Positions 44,634-53,649 of a DNA stretch of 62,313 nucleotides are shown one piece after another; within the stretch, counting starts at the first letter, position 1; the number at the start of each line of letters is the position of its first letter. Source of the stretch: a virus; the IMG/VR virus record IMGVR_UViG_3300025261_000001; one strand, 5' to 3'. The notes under the pieces are model-generated. The model saw only the letters and a program-made list of their open reading frames with translations. It ran no database searches and had not been told where the DNA came from. The position numbers and the translations under genes were made by a program.

Positions 44634-45032
44634 TTACAGCCGTACGGCGCGCATCAGTGCGTCAGCTTGACGATACATCGACCGTGCCCGCTCAATAGCT
44701 TCTATCAAGTCTGCTTGCAGGCCAGTCTGGGGCGCGGGCACCTTGTCCATGCTCGCCTTTTCGGGCGTAGGCTCCGGCTCTTTCGTCAGAATGGGACTCA
44801 GGACGCCATGCAACTTCGATAGTACATCTTGCGTATTATGCGTAATGTTAGCCAGTTCTTTGAGCAAGTATTGGTAATTGTAGGCATCGCGCAATGTCTG
44901 CGCGCCTACAGCTTGATTCTCATTGCCGTAGCCTGCGGCTAGCTCTGGCATACTCCGTGTAGGTCGCGAAGCACGATCCAGTCCGGCGATATCTTGGTCA
45001 AAGTCTGGTTCACGGCGATAGTCATTGCTCAT
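44634..45032 (-). CDS. Hypothetical protein
   Basis: Start at ATG 45032 (MSNDYRREPD...) with GGAG 7 nt upstream. 132 aa. Confidence 0.6.
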   Translation of the reverse strand: MSNDYRREPDFDQDIAGLDRASRPTRSMPELAAGYGNENQAVGAQTLRDAYNYQYLLKELANITHNTQDVLSKLHGVLSPILTKEPEPTPEKASMDKVPAPQTGLQADLIEAIERARSMYRQADALMRAVRL

Positions 45033-45060
45033 TTGCATTCTCCAATATATGTTTAGAAAT

Positions 45061-47964
45061 TCAAGATACGGCGATTGCCGTGGGGTCGATCGGAAGTTCT
45101 TCAATAGACTTAACGAGAGCTTCATGGGTTAGGTCTATCTCCCATACCTTGAGATTAAGTCCGGGCAAATTAGTGCCAGTGGTCAGACGTTTCTGCAAGT
45201 TGGAATTAATGATGACACCGATGTCTTGCAGTTCCTTGCGAAGCCAACTCGGGTCGATCTTGCGCAGGTTGCAGTATTCGCGAATACTCTGGATCGAAAT
45301 GTATCCACGATACGGCTGCTTGCTGACATACTCCAAGCGGGCTTTAATTGCGTGCTGCTGGCCGTTCATCGCTACCAGATCAAGCTGACCATCATTGATT
45401 CGCACGATGGCAGACAGGTTGGTATTAATAAATTCAGACAGCGTACTGATGGGATCGGACACCGAAGTCTTCACGACCGTACGTACTTCATCGCTCTGAC
45501 CTAATGTACGGTTTACCAAGTTCTCTACATCGTAGCTATGCAGCTTGAGCGCATCGCGGCTGATCTTGCCGCCTACCAGTACACACGCCAGCAATGCACC
45601 CCAGAACCGTTCTTCGTTACGCAGCTTGCCTTTAGCTACGATGCCATCGATAGCCTTCTCTAAGATAGCCTTGATTTGAGTGGCACGAGGCAGAACGTAT
45701 TTAATATATTCCCGTCCAGCAATTCCATAGTTCTCCTTGATGACTTGTAACGCTCTGTCAAGGCGGACCTTATATTCTGGGTGGGACGGTTGTATATTAA
45801 GTTCAAAGATACGCATTGCCTCGGCATTGTAGCCTCGACGTGCGTTTGCCAACTTATCGTATAGGGAGGTGTTTGACGTAGAGCAGACAATAGTATCCCA
45901 GAACGTTTCATTGACTTTATTATTTCCTTCGCGAGTTGCGCGCATCTTGCCGCGACCGCCAGTGAAGCTAAGTACGAAATTGCTAAGGCGATCCCCTTCC
46001 ATCTTGGTCACTTCATCAAACGCCACCGGCACGGATGCAAGGTAGCCAATCTGATTATAGATGGAATTATCGGTGTCGTTCACCAGTACATGGTTAGAAG
46101 TCGGCTCACCCCACACGGACGTCATAAACTTCATCGCCGTAGACTTACCTGCACCCGACTGGCCCACGATATTGTACAGCACGCCACTGTATTCTGTGAG
46201 CGCCATTAGCGGGGCCGCGAAGCCGAGCATACTGGCAAGAATGTAGGGGTCGCTATCAGGGATATCGGCGTAGACGCTAAATGCTTGCTTCCACTTACCA
46301 ATCTCTCCCTTAGCTTCCGTAGCCTTCCCAGCTTCCTTCAAGAACGGAGCTACACCGGCAGGAACGAGTTTACCTTCCTTGTTGATGTAGCCACCGCCCA
46401 CGACAAACTTGGGATCGGTACTAAACGTGTCTCGCCATCCGAAACGACTGAACTCGATTTCTGCTGCGTGGTTCATCTGTAGATGCCGAATGTAGTCAAC
46501 GAGATACTTGCAAAGGTGAGCGGCTTTATTAAATTCCGCAATGACGCCTTTATCGCTAAGGTACTGATTAAGTTTCTTAGCTTCGGCTAGCAGACCCGAT
46601 GGCAGGCGAAACTTCTTAAGGCCGTCATGTGGTAGCCAAAGATGAATCTCCATCGCCTCGTTCTCGGTCGCTTCGGTACGTAGGCGTTTAGTGGGATAGA
46701 AGTCGTAATCGTAGATACGGTTAATAACTTCGTCCCATGTCCCGTTCTCTTGCTTAACCTTAGTTCGGACGTAGATACCACCTGACTCTCCACGGAAATA
46801 CGGAGACGGGGGCAGCGGAATGGTGACTTCCTCTGTGGACTTATTACCTGCTTCGTCCTGTACAACGGCTGTAACGACTTCTGCTTCTGTGGCCGGTACA
46901 TCGAGTCGGGCTACCTGTAGCGGAGTCTTGACGGTATCTGCGAAGGGGCATCCCTTGCAGCGTTCGGGATTAATTGAACGGAACTTATTGCATGTGGTCG
47001 GGCCAGTCTGGGCCGCAGAAACCTGGGCGTACTTTAAGTATGTTGCTTCGGGATCATAATCATTATGTCCCTGCGATAAAAGGTGTGCGACCTTCTCTTT
47101 AGAGATTGTAGCGCCTTGCTTAGTACGGAACTCTAGATATGGTGCCAAGCCAAGCATGGCATACCATTCCGGTTCGCTGGCCGTAGCCTTATTTTTGAGA
47201 TATTCTTTTGACCAATTGCACTTCTTAACCATAGCCGCAAGATCGGTCGGCCCACTGTCAACGACTGTGGTGCCAATGTCTACGGTCTTCGGACCATCAT
47301 CCTTAATGATACGGTTAAGCGTATTGCTGAACGTGCCGAAGTCTAGGTACTCATCGAACGTCTGGATAAACTCTACAGGCGTAGCGGGGTCAGACTTCAA
47401 ATTGAAGGACAGGGGTACACGCAGTACACCGGCACTGTCAGATACGCGCGATCCATCCGCCACCACTTCGGGAGCGATGGTTTCAATAGCTCGCTTGAAT
47501 TTATGTGCGATCTTCATCCATAGCTTAGACTCTACACCCTCGGCCATGGGCCAGTAGACATGGAGTCCAAAACCAGAATTAATGATCGTAGGCTGCGGCA
47601 TATTAAAGGCCGCTCGCACTACTTCAACACCGGCCAGCGCATCATCGAAGTTAGTATAGAATCCCGGCTTATCGTCGCGGATATCTACGTCTAACACAAA
47701 TACGCGGGTGAGTTGTGCGTTCTGCTGGATACGTACGCGATCCTTGCCACCGACTTTAATTGTCTTCTCCCGCAGAGTCGAAATGCAGAAGTAGTAATTA
47801 TATCGCTGGAAATTAATGCGCTGTAATGCAGCCGCAAACTGTTCGATATTATCGAACGTAAGGTGCTTAAAGTAGGGCTTAGGTTCGGCGGGTACTAACC
47901 ATGCGAGGCATGGCCTACCCTGCTCCGATAGCACGGAGCTAAAAAACTCCACCTGTGATTGCAC
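45061..47964 (-). CDS. Primase-polymerase (AEP) fused to an SF3 (D5-like) helicase
   Basis: 967 aa. AEP motifs VFVLDVDIRD and NSGFGLHVYW. SF3 Walker A VGQSGAGKST, Walker B PVAFDEV, motif C VCSTSN. GTG start with AGGGG 5 nt upstream. Confidence 0.85.
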   Translation of the reverse strand: MQSQVEFFSSVLSEQGRPCLAWLVPAEPKPYFKHLTFDNIEQFAAALQRINFQRYNYYFCISTLREKTIKVGGKDRVRIQQNAQLTRVFVLDVDIRDDKPGFYTNFDDALAGVEVVRAAFNMPQPTIINSGFGLHVYWPMAEGVESKLWMKIAHKFKRAIETIAPEVVADGSRVSDSAGVLRVPLSFNLKSDPATPVEFIQTFDEYLDFGTFSNTLNRIIKDDGPKTVDIGTTVVDSGPTDLAAMVKKCNWSKEYLKNKATASEPEWYAMLGLAPYLEFRTKQGATISKEKVAHLLSQGHNDYDPEATYLKYAQVSAAQTGPTTCNKFRSINPERCKGCPFADTVKTPLQVARLDVPATEAEVVTAVVQDEAGNKSTEEVTIPLPPSPYFRGESGGIYVRTKVKQENGTWDEVINRIYDYDFYPTKRLRTEATENEAMEIHLWLPHDGLKKFRLPSGLLAEAKKLNQYLSDKGVIAEFNKAAHLCKYLVDYIRHLQMNHAAEIEFSRFGWRDTFSTDPKFVVGGGYINKEGKLVPAGVAPFLKEAGKATEAKGEIGKWKQAFSVYADIPDSDPYILASMLGFAAPLMALTEYSGVLYNIVGQSGAGKSTAMKFMTSVWGEPTSNHVLVNDTDNSIYNQIGYLASVPVAFDEVTKMEGDRLSNFVLSFTGGRGKMRATREGNNKVNETFWDTIVCSTSNTSLYDKLANARRGYNAEAMRIFELNIQPSHPEYKVRLDRALQVIKENYGIAGREYIKYVLPRATQIKAILEKAIDGIVAKGKLRNEERFWGALLACVLVGGKISRDALKLHSYDVENLVNRTLGQSDEVRTVVKTSVSDPISTLSEFINTNLSAIVRINDGQLDLVAMNGQQHAIKARLEYVSKQPYRGYISIQSIREYCNLRKIDPSWLRKELQDIGVIINSNLQKRLTTGTNLPGLNLKVWEIDLTHEALVKSIEELPIDPTAIAVS

Positions 47965-47978
47965 GTCTGCCCCTGCGG

Positions 47979-48260
47979 TTATGCTGCGATGGTACTAATA
48001 AGTTGTTCCAGAATAGTCTGCTTCGCATCCTGTGAGAGCGCAGCATCTAGAGGCAGCTTACCATCCTTTGTCAGTGCTTCGATCTTATCTAACGCGCTGT
48101 CTATCGACTCGCGAACGGTGGCCAGCGGTTTAGCCCGCTGGCCCTTCCGTAAGATCAAGTAGATGGTTGTGTAATGAACTTTAGACAGCGCCGCTAGATT
48201 CCGGGCATTAAGTCCGGAAGTATCTAATACAGAATTAATTCGAGCGGCGATGTCTGTCAT
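47979..48260 (-). CDS. HTH (XRE-like) DNA-binding protein
   Basis: 93 aa. GLNARNLAALSKVHYTTIYLILRKG resembles a Cro/C1-type HTH. TAATG coupling to the upstream gene. Confidence 0.5.
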   Translation of the reverse strand: MTDIAARINSVLDTSGLNARNLAALSKVHYTTIYLILRKGQRAKPLATVRESIDSALDKIEALTKDGKLPLDAALSQDAKQTILEQLISTIAA

Positions 48261-49393
48261 TACTCAAGTCCAGCTAAGATGTCAGCAAGTTCGTCGTCAC
48301 TACCTACTTCTTCGACCGGAGCAGGGGCGGGCGCTGCGGCTTGACGCTGTTGCGGGGGCGGTACATTAGACTGCACTACCGGACGCTGTGCCGTGGTTTT
48401 CTGGGGTTGCTGCGCAGCGGGGCGTTGTGCTGCGGCCTGCCGTACCGGCTGCTGCGCTTGGGCCTGTGCGGGGCGCTGCGGTTGTTGCGTGGCCGGACGC
48501 TGGGCCTGCTGGGCTGCGGGCTTGGTCGCCGTCTGTGCCGGACGCTGGGCCTGCGGTGCGGCTTGGCGCTGGGGAGCCGGGGCCGGTGCGGGCGCTGCTG
48601 CCGGTTCGTCTTCGTACACCTGTTCCTGCGGGACATCGCCGGAAGTCGGTTCTTCGCTAGACACGTCCAAGGTGGACATCGAAACGGTCTTGAGCGAGAT
48701 AACTTCCTCACTATGCACCAGCGAGTCTACGGCGTCGGCTTCGTCTTCCGTGATGTAGCGGTTCGCACCAAACAGAAGCTTGGGTACACTGGAATTAACG
48801 TCGAACTTAATACGCGTCACGATAGCACCCAGATCGGCACCGCGCGTATTGACCATCTTAATGTAGTCATTAAGATTCTTTTCGTTCTGCGTACCTTCAC
48901 CGAACAAGCCCTGCGACTTCACGTCCAGCTTGTAGACCATGCGCTTGTCGGTATCACCAGCCAGCATCACGACCACACGGCGGAAGTAGGAGCATGCCTT
49001 GAACTGCTGGCCGTCAACGATCTTGGAACCCTTGGCGTTCTGCTTGCACAGCATGCACTTGTCGGCCTGCTTGTTCTTCACGTCTTCTGCGGGCACAAGG
49101 CCATCGGCAGAGTAGCAGGACGGCGGCTGATTCTCGCCAGACTTATAGGCACCATCGTAGTAGACACGGCTAACAGCCGGTGCAGCGCCGAGGATGATGA
49201 CGTCGAGATAGTTTTCCTCAAATACGCCTTCCTCAATACCCGCAACCACCAAGCGGAAGCGCGAACCTTTCAGGCCGATACGGTTACCGCCCGTATACAT
49301 ACCTTGCATCAGGTCTTGCGTCACGCCGAAGCTACGGCCCTGTAGGTGGGCTGGCAAACCACTGCCACCTAATACCATCATGTCATTTGCCAT
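48260..49393 (-). CDS. Putative ssDNA-binding / replication accessory protein with a repetitive Q/A/P/R linker and an acidic C-terminal tip
   Basis: Start at ATG 49393 (GGAG 9 nt upstream). Globular ~260-aa N-domain with a Cys cluster (CYSADG...CMLCKQ...C). A ~100-aa AQRPA-type repeat linker, then DDELADILAGLE. Confidence 0.4.
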   Translation of the reverse strand: MANDMMVLGGSGLPAHLQGRSFGVTQDLMQGMYTGGNRIGLKGSRFRLVVAGIEEGVFEENYLDVIILGAAPAVSRVYYDGAYKSGENQPPSCYSADGLVPAEDVKNKQADKCMLCKQNAKGSKIVDGQQFKACSYFRRVVVMLAGDTDKRMVYKLDVKSQGLFGEGTQNEKNLNDYIKMVNTRGADLGAIVTRIKFDVNSSVPKLLFGANRYITEDEADAVDSLVHSEEVISLKTVSMSTLDVSSEEPTSGDVPQEQVYEDEPAAAPAPAPAPQRQAAPQAQRPAQTATKPAAQQAQRPATQQPQRPAQAQAQQPVRQAAAQRPAAQQPQKTTAQRPVVQSNVPPPQQRQAAAPAPAPVEEVGSDDELADILAGLE

Positions 49394-49397
49394 TGTC

Positions 49398-49679
49398 TCA
49401 GACTCCGGTGTTATCGAGCAGGCCATACAGGCCCGGGTTATTACGAGGGTTATTACGATACTGAAGCTTAAACAGGTTCAGTAGTTCTTTCGGATCGTGC
49501 TTGGCAATCGTTTCGCGGATCGTGCCGTCTGTCTCAAGAACTTGGAAGTTGTATTGAAAGTCTTGCGCCAGTTCCAGGATACGGCTATCGATGATGCGCG
49601 TCGTGGGATCGGTCAAGTATTCTTCCATGTTGGCATAGGACACTTGAACCACGGCAGGCTTTATTAGGTTGTGCTCCAT
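49398..49679 (-). CDS. Hypothetical protein
   Basis: 93 aa, TAATG-type coupling. Confidence 0.6.
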   Translation of the reverse strand: MEHNLIKPAVVQVSYANMEEYLTDPTTRIIDSRILELAQDFQYNFQVLETDGTIRETIAKHDPKELLNLFKLQYRNNPRNNPGLYGLLDNTGV

Positions 49680-50068
49680 TAGCTTCTCCGAATGATGATT
49701 CCGCGTTCCTGTTGAATGTTTACACCGGCAGGAAGCTCACCGGATTCTTCGTAGTATTCCTGAATCGACTTTACGGAGATACGCTTTTCCACAAAGTCGA
49801 ATCGACCCATGGCTACGATAGATTCCCAGAAGGAAGGCCAGTCAGAGCAACTACCCTTCCACTTCATCTGTTCGTAGGCCGTACCGTGCGCCGAACCCAA
49901 CTTAGTAGCTCCGGTCGCATCAAGCTGGCCCATAAGCCAACCCTCTAACTTCTCCATCTGATCCTTGTAGACTTGATCTTCTGCATCGTAGGCTTTCTTC
50001 AAGTCGCTACGCTTATCGCGAAGTTTCAAGTATGCGGAGATAACTGTATCTGCGTTAACCTGTGTCAT
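49679..50068 (-). CDS. Hypothetical protein (N-terminal coiled coil)
   Basis: 129 aa, in the replication module. Confidence 0.6.
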   Translation of the reverse strand: MTQVNADTVISAYLKLRDKRSDLKKAYDAEDQVYKDQMEKLEGWLMGQLDATGATKLGSAHGTAYEQMKWKGSCSDWPSFWESIVAMGRFDFVEKRISVKSIQEYYEESGELPAGVNIQQERGIIIRRS

Positions 50069-50118
50069 GGTGGCTAGTCCTTTGGCTGGGGTTGAAAATT
50101 CTACTAGACCTTCCCGGG

Positions 50119-51663
50119 CTATGCAAGCGCCGCGTTGTATAGGTCTAGCACTTTGGATTGAAGGTTCTCGCGGGATTGAAGTACAGAGTAGATAGCAGCT
50201 TCCATCGGATGACAGAAAATATTGTACACCGACATAGCTAGCGTCTGACCCGGACGATCAATGCGCGCATTGGCTTGTAGATACTGGTCAATAGAGAAGA
50301 TCGGCGCATACCAAATAATCACATTGGCCGATGTAAGGGTCAGGCCATGTGCGGCGACTTTCGGGTGAGCGACCAAGACTTTAGTGTCTGCGTCGTTCTG
50401 GAACCGATCAAATATCTCTTGCCGCTTGGTACCGCTTACTTCCCCGTTAACTAACTCTACCTTCCATTTCCGAGCTAGATGGTTGACGACTAAGTGCATC
50501 GAATGAATAAACGGGACGAAGATAATTACCTTCGCTTCCGCCGATGCTACTAATTCGTCAACTAGGTCTAGCCGAGGTTTGGGATTTAGTTCGACCGGGT
50601 TGCCATCGTTGTCCTTAACTACGCCGCACATAATCTGCTGTAACTTAATCAGCTTGACGGCGGCATTAACTGCCTTAATCTCTACGCCCGATTCTTCATC
50701 CTCGTGGCGCATGGTTGCCTTGACTGAGGCGAATACGTCTGCTTGTTCATCGGACATAAGGCATGCCCGCGAATTGTACGTAATCGGCGGCAGGTCAAGA
50801 CAGTCCTTCTTAGTGAAACGTATTGCAGGCTGCATAAGCTCAAACACACGTTCGTGTGAGCCTTGCTTGGGGAACCATTTGTACGGACCCCGCTTATACA
50901 TAAGCGTTTCCTGAAACAGCTTGAAGCTGGCCGGGATCGCGCTGGGGTTCACTAACTTAATCAGTCCGTAGGCATCCGTAGGCGCGTTAGATACTGGCGT
51001 ACCAGTGAGCAGCCATAGACGTGTGTTGACTTTCAGAATCTCTTTGAGTGCTTTGTATCGCTTGGTATTCGGGTTACAGTAGGCACTGGCTTCGTCGGCA
51101 ATGATTAAGTCAGGTTGCCATTTCTTTACTTCGTCCTGAATAGATACCAGTCCATCAAAATTAATGACACAGATATCAGCGCCCGAATTAAGTAGCTCGA
51201 TACGCTTGTCCCGCTTGCCACTGAGTTGAGCAACGTTCCATTGTGGAACCACACTAAACGTTTCATTGACCCAGACACCCATGACAGAGAGTGGTGCGAT
51301 GATAAGTACCTTCTTGATGAACCCGCGCTGCTTGAGATAGTCCATCGTCCACAAAGCTGCGGCGGTCTTGCCGGTGCCCATGGTATTAAATACAAAGGCA
51401 CGGTTGTTTAGGGTTAGAAATTCCGCGGTCTTTGTCTGGTGCTCCATAGGAGCAAACCGACCACCAAAGACAAAACCATCGTACAGAATGGGACTCGGTG
51501 CATTAAGTCCAAGATTACGTAGTACCTTCGCGCTGTCGAGTGTATGCTTAACAGCAACAATGCGCTTGCCACGGTAATTAATCTCCTTCGCAGTCGGGAT
51601 CGCAACCGTGATCGATTGCGGGTTGTTCACCGACATTACTAGCGCGCCGTCTCTTACGAGCAT
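50119..51663 (-). CDS. SNF2-family helicase
   Basis: Motif I NTMGTGKTAAAL, motif II LIIADEAS, and C-terminal helicase motifs (LVAHPKVAAHGLTL, QANARIDRPGQ). Start uncertain (ATG 51714, 51663 or 51636). The N-terminus overlaps the VRR-NUC 3' end. Confidence 0.8.
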   Translation of the reverse strand: MLVRDGALVMSVNNPQSITVAIPTAKEINYRGKRIVAVKHTLDSAKVLRNLGLNAPSPILYDGFVFGGRFAPMEHQTKTAEFLTLNNRAFVFNTMGTGKTAAALWTMDYLKQRGFIKKVLIIAPLSVMGVWVNETFSVVPQWNVAQLSGKRDKRIELLNSGADICVINFDGLVSIQDEVKKWQPDLIIADEASAYCNPNTKRYKALKEILKVNTRLWLLTGTPVSNAPTDAYGLIKLVNPSAIPASFKLFQETLMYKRGPYKWFPKQGSHERVFELMQPAIRFTKKDCLDLPPITYNSRACLMSDEQADVFASVKATMRHEDEESGVEIKAVNAAVKLIKLQQIMCGVVKDNDGNPVELNPKPRLDLVDELVASAEAKVIIFVPFIHSMHLVVNHLARKWKVELVNGEVSGTKRQEIFDRFQNDADTKVLVAHPKVAAHGLTLTSANVIIWYAPIFSIDQYLQANARIDRPGQTLAMSVYNIFCHPMEAAIYSVLQSRENLQSKVLDLYNAALA

Positions 51664-52036
51664 GTTTTCTGTACTTCGTGAAGTCGTGGGCCAAGTCGTA
51701 AGGCAGCATGCCATGCGTGGAGATATACTCTACCACGGCTTCTGCCTCGCTCAAATTAAGTTCGTTGATACACAGACTCATTCCGCCAGCATTCCATATG
51801 TCGATGGCGTAGTTAATCTGTAGATCAGTGGGCTTATTCTTACCCGCCTTCGTCTCGATTGTCCAGAACAATCCGCGCTGGCAGATAATGAAGTCGTGCC
51901 GTCCTGCTGTACCCATTTCCGATGCAGGGGGCATATCCCACTTAATATTCTTGTACTTATCTAGGATAGCTTTAACTCTATCCTTTACCCAGGATTCTGG
52001 TATTTTATCTACACCGGGTATGAACCCTCTACCCAT
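51578..52036 (-). CDS. VRR-NUC nuclease
   Basis: 152 aa. PD-(D/E)xK core GRHDFIICQRGLFWTIETKAGKNKPTDLQ. Confidence 0.7.
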   Translation of the reverse strand: MGRGFIPGVDKIPESWVKDRVKAILDKYKNIKWDMPPASEMGTAGRHDFIICQRGLFWTIETKAGKNKPTDLQINYAIDIWNAGGMSLCINELNLSEAEAVVEYISTHGMLPYDLAHDFTKYRKHARKRRRASNVGEQPAIDHGCDPDCEGD

Positions 52037-52160
52037 GACGTAGCACCGTTATTGCTGTGTAGATAATGTATCCTAAGCAGTAGACTATGACGGCTACTGC
52101 TGTAATAAATAGTCCTACGCTATCCCACTCTATCGCCGGTTTCTTCCATTGTGGGGGCAT
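52029..52160 (-). CDS. Candidate single-TM micro-protein (43 aa)
   Basis: MPPQWKKPAIEWDSVGLFITAVAVIVYCLGYIIYTAITVLRHG. The ATG lies inside the 3' end of the nuclease gene, and the stop overlaps codons 2-3 of VRR-NUC. It bridges a 93-nt gap. Confidence 0.35.
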   Translation of the reverse strand: MPPQWKKPAIEWDSVGLFITAVAVIVYCLGYIIYTAITVLRHG

Positions 52161-52822
52161 GTCGTGACTGGACATCCTGCGAATCCTGTGCGGGGATTAG
52201 GTTTGCATAGCCCAGATGGCTTCGCGGGCCATACGTCATTAGCTTCACTCCACAACATATCTTCCACACCTTGCAGGAATTGTTCAAGCAGTTTCGGTGC
52301 CCGGTCGCGATGATATCTCGCGGACGTAGGTTTACTCGGCTGCTGGAACCACACAAACAAGGTAGTAACTTCCTCCACCTCGGGGAACTTAGCAAACGTC
52401 ATAATAGCCATCATATCTAATTGCAGGCTATTAGGTTTAATCTTACCGGTCTTATAGTCAGCGTTTAATGCCTTGGTACCATTGACTTTAATTAAGTCGC
52501 CCTTACCACGCATCCAAGCTTCTGAATCCCAGAACCCGACCGGCTTTAAGTTCTCGTCGCAGGCTAGTTCTAGTTCTGCATAGTTGTCACCGGGAGCCGC
52601 TAAGATGCGATCCACCACCGGTTGCATATGCACCATGTTCTTTGGGACTTCTTTATTAACCTTGGCATAGTCCTCGAACGCCTTATGAACTTCCTCACCC
52701 CAGATAATCTCTTTCGACTTTTCTTCGCGGATAGACTTTACAATGCGAAGCTCGTAGAACTGGCGCGGGCAGGTCTGGTATGCAGACCACGAACTATACG
52801 ACCATGGAATGATGCGCGCCAT
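52130..52822 (-). CDS. Cas4/RecB-like PD-(D/E)XK exonuclease with Fe-S-type cysteines
   Basis: 230 aa. N-terminal Cys (QTCPRQF), motif GKGDLIKV...ALNADYKTGK, and a C-terminal CKPNPRTGFAGCPVTTC (1+3 Cys arrangement). Confidence 0.7.
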   Translation of the reverse strand: MARIIPWSYSSWSAYQTCPRQFYELRIVKSIREEKSKEIIWGEEVHKAFEDYAKVNKEVPKNMVHMQPVVDRILAAPGDNYAELELACDENLKPVGFWDSEAWMRGKGDLIKVNGTKALNADYKTGKIKPNSLQLDMMAIMTFAKFPEVEEVTTLFVWFQQPSKPTSARYHRDRAPKLLEQFLQGVEDMLWSEANDVWPAKPSGLCKPNPRTGFAGCPVTTCPHNGRNRR

Positions 52823-53169
52823 TAGTTATCCCTGATTATTAGTAGCTTAATGTTAGCGCGGTGCGCTGTGTTCATCATGTCGCGAGTGCCGCCGTTGCCG
52901 GGGAAGGCGACCACCAGAGAAGGCCGTAGCAGCGCCATGGCGCTATTCCTTGGTGGCCCCGCAGCATCCCCCATCTTATGCCACAACGCGGGCACGGTGG
53001 CGCAGTGTACGCCCGCTTCGTACGCCCATTCCCGGGCCAGAGTGTCGGCTCCCTTCGCACCGCCTTCGATCAACACATCGATAGGCTTAGTGGTATGAAT
53101 CTTAGTCAGGATGGACCAGACACGCGGTTTGTTAGTGTACTTACGGCCACCGCAGACTAAGATAATCAT
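52822..53169 (-). CDS. DUF2493 / SLOG-superfamily (LOG/DprA-like Rossmann) protein
   Basis: 115 aa. MIILVCGGRKY...VLIEGGAKGADTLAREWA...GPPRNSAM...VVAFPGNGGTRDM follows the DUF2493 pattern closely. Confidence 0.75.
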   Translation of the reverse strand: MIILVCGGRKYTNKPRVWSILTKIHTTKPIDVLIEGGAKGADTLAREWAYEAGVHCATVPALWHKMGDAAGPPRNSAMALLRPSLVVAFPGNGGTRDMMNTAHRANIKLLIIRDN

Positions 53170-53402
53170 TCCATGTATCCTACTTTGAACCTGTCCGGAA
53201 TATTAGCGGCAAAGATACGCTTACCGTACAGGTGGGTTAAATTGCCTTCGTGATCCGTCGAACCGTACTGCAAAACTTTTGTAGACGCCCTTAGCTCTGC
53301 GAAGCCTTGGTTATTCACCAAGATGGTATTAGATACCTTACCATAGCCGTTATTAATGGCGTAGCTCTTTAGAGCCTCGGCTATCTCTTGCAGAATCTCC
53401 AT
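53166..53402 (-). CDS. Hypothetical protein
   Basis: Preferred start at ATG 53402 (MEILQEIAEAL...), coupled by TAATG to a 54-aa upstream micro-ORF. The track start is 53489. Confidence 0.5.
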   Translation of the reverse strand: MEILQEIAEALKSYAINNGYGKVSNTILVNNQGFAELRASTKVLQYGSTDHEGNLTHLYGKRIFAANIPDRFKVGYME

Positions 53403-53566
53403 TACGCTTTCCCCGGGATATGCCATGCCAATATGAAATACTTGCACCCTTTCCGCTTCCATAGCCGGTAAGCTTTGAAGCATTCCCAAAAGCTGTGGCC
53501 GGTGTAGACATTATGTCTGGTAGACCACTCAGGGTTATAGCAGCCAAGTTCGTAAGTGAATCCCAT
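53402..53566 (-). CDS. Candidate Cys/His/Trp-rich micro-protein (54 aa)
   Basis: MGFTYELGCYNPEWSTRHNVYTGHSFWECFKAYRLWKRKGCKYFILAWHIPGKA. TAATG overlaps at both ends. Competes with the N-terminal extension of the 53166..53489 track ORF. Confidence 0.35.
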   Translation of the reverse strand: MGFTYELGCYNPEWSTRHNVYTGHSFWECFKAYRLWKRKGCKYFILAWHIPGKA

Positions 53567-53649
53567 TACTTGCCCCACTTATGTGTATAGAGGAAAGCGA
53601 TGAAACAGAATACAGCGCCCACGATAACCCACACGATCCAGTCTGGCAT
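53566..53649 (-). CDS. Candidate single-TM micro-protein (27 aa)
   Basis: MPDWIVWVIVGAVFCFIAFLYTHKWGK. The ATG overlaps the ligase stop (TGATG) and the stop overlaps the next ATG (TAATG). Confidence 0.4.
   Translation of the reverse strand: MPDWIVWVIVGAVFCFIAFLYTHKWGK

Noticed and set aside
48341-49345. 334-aa + strand ORF, and several other ORFs (48376..48758), inside the SSB-like gene.
   Set aside because: These are antisense or alternative-frame artefacts of the GC-rich Q/A/P/R repeat tract. Their products are low-complexity Arg/Gly/Cys/Leu strings.
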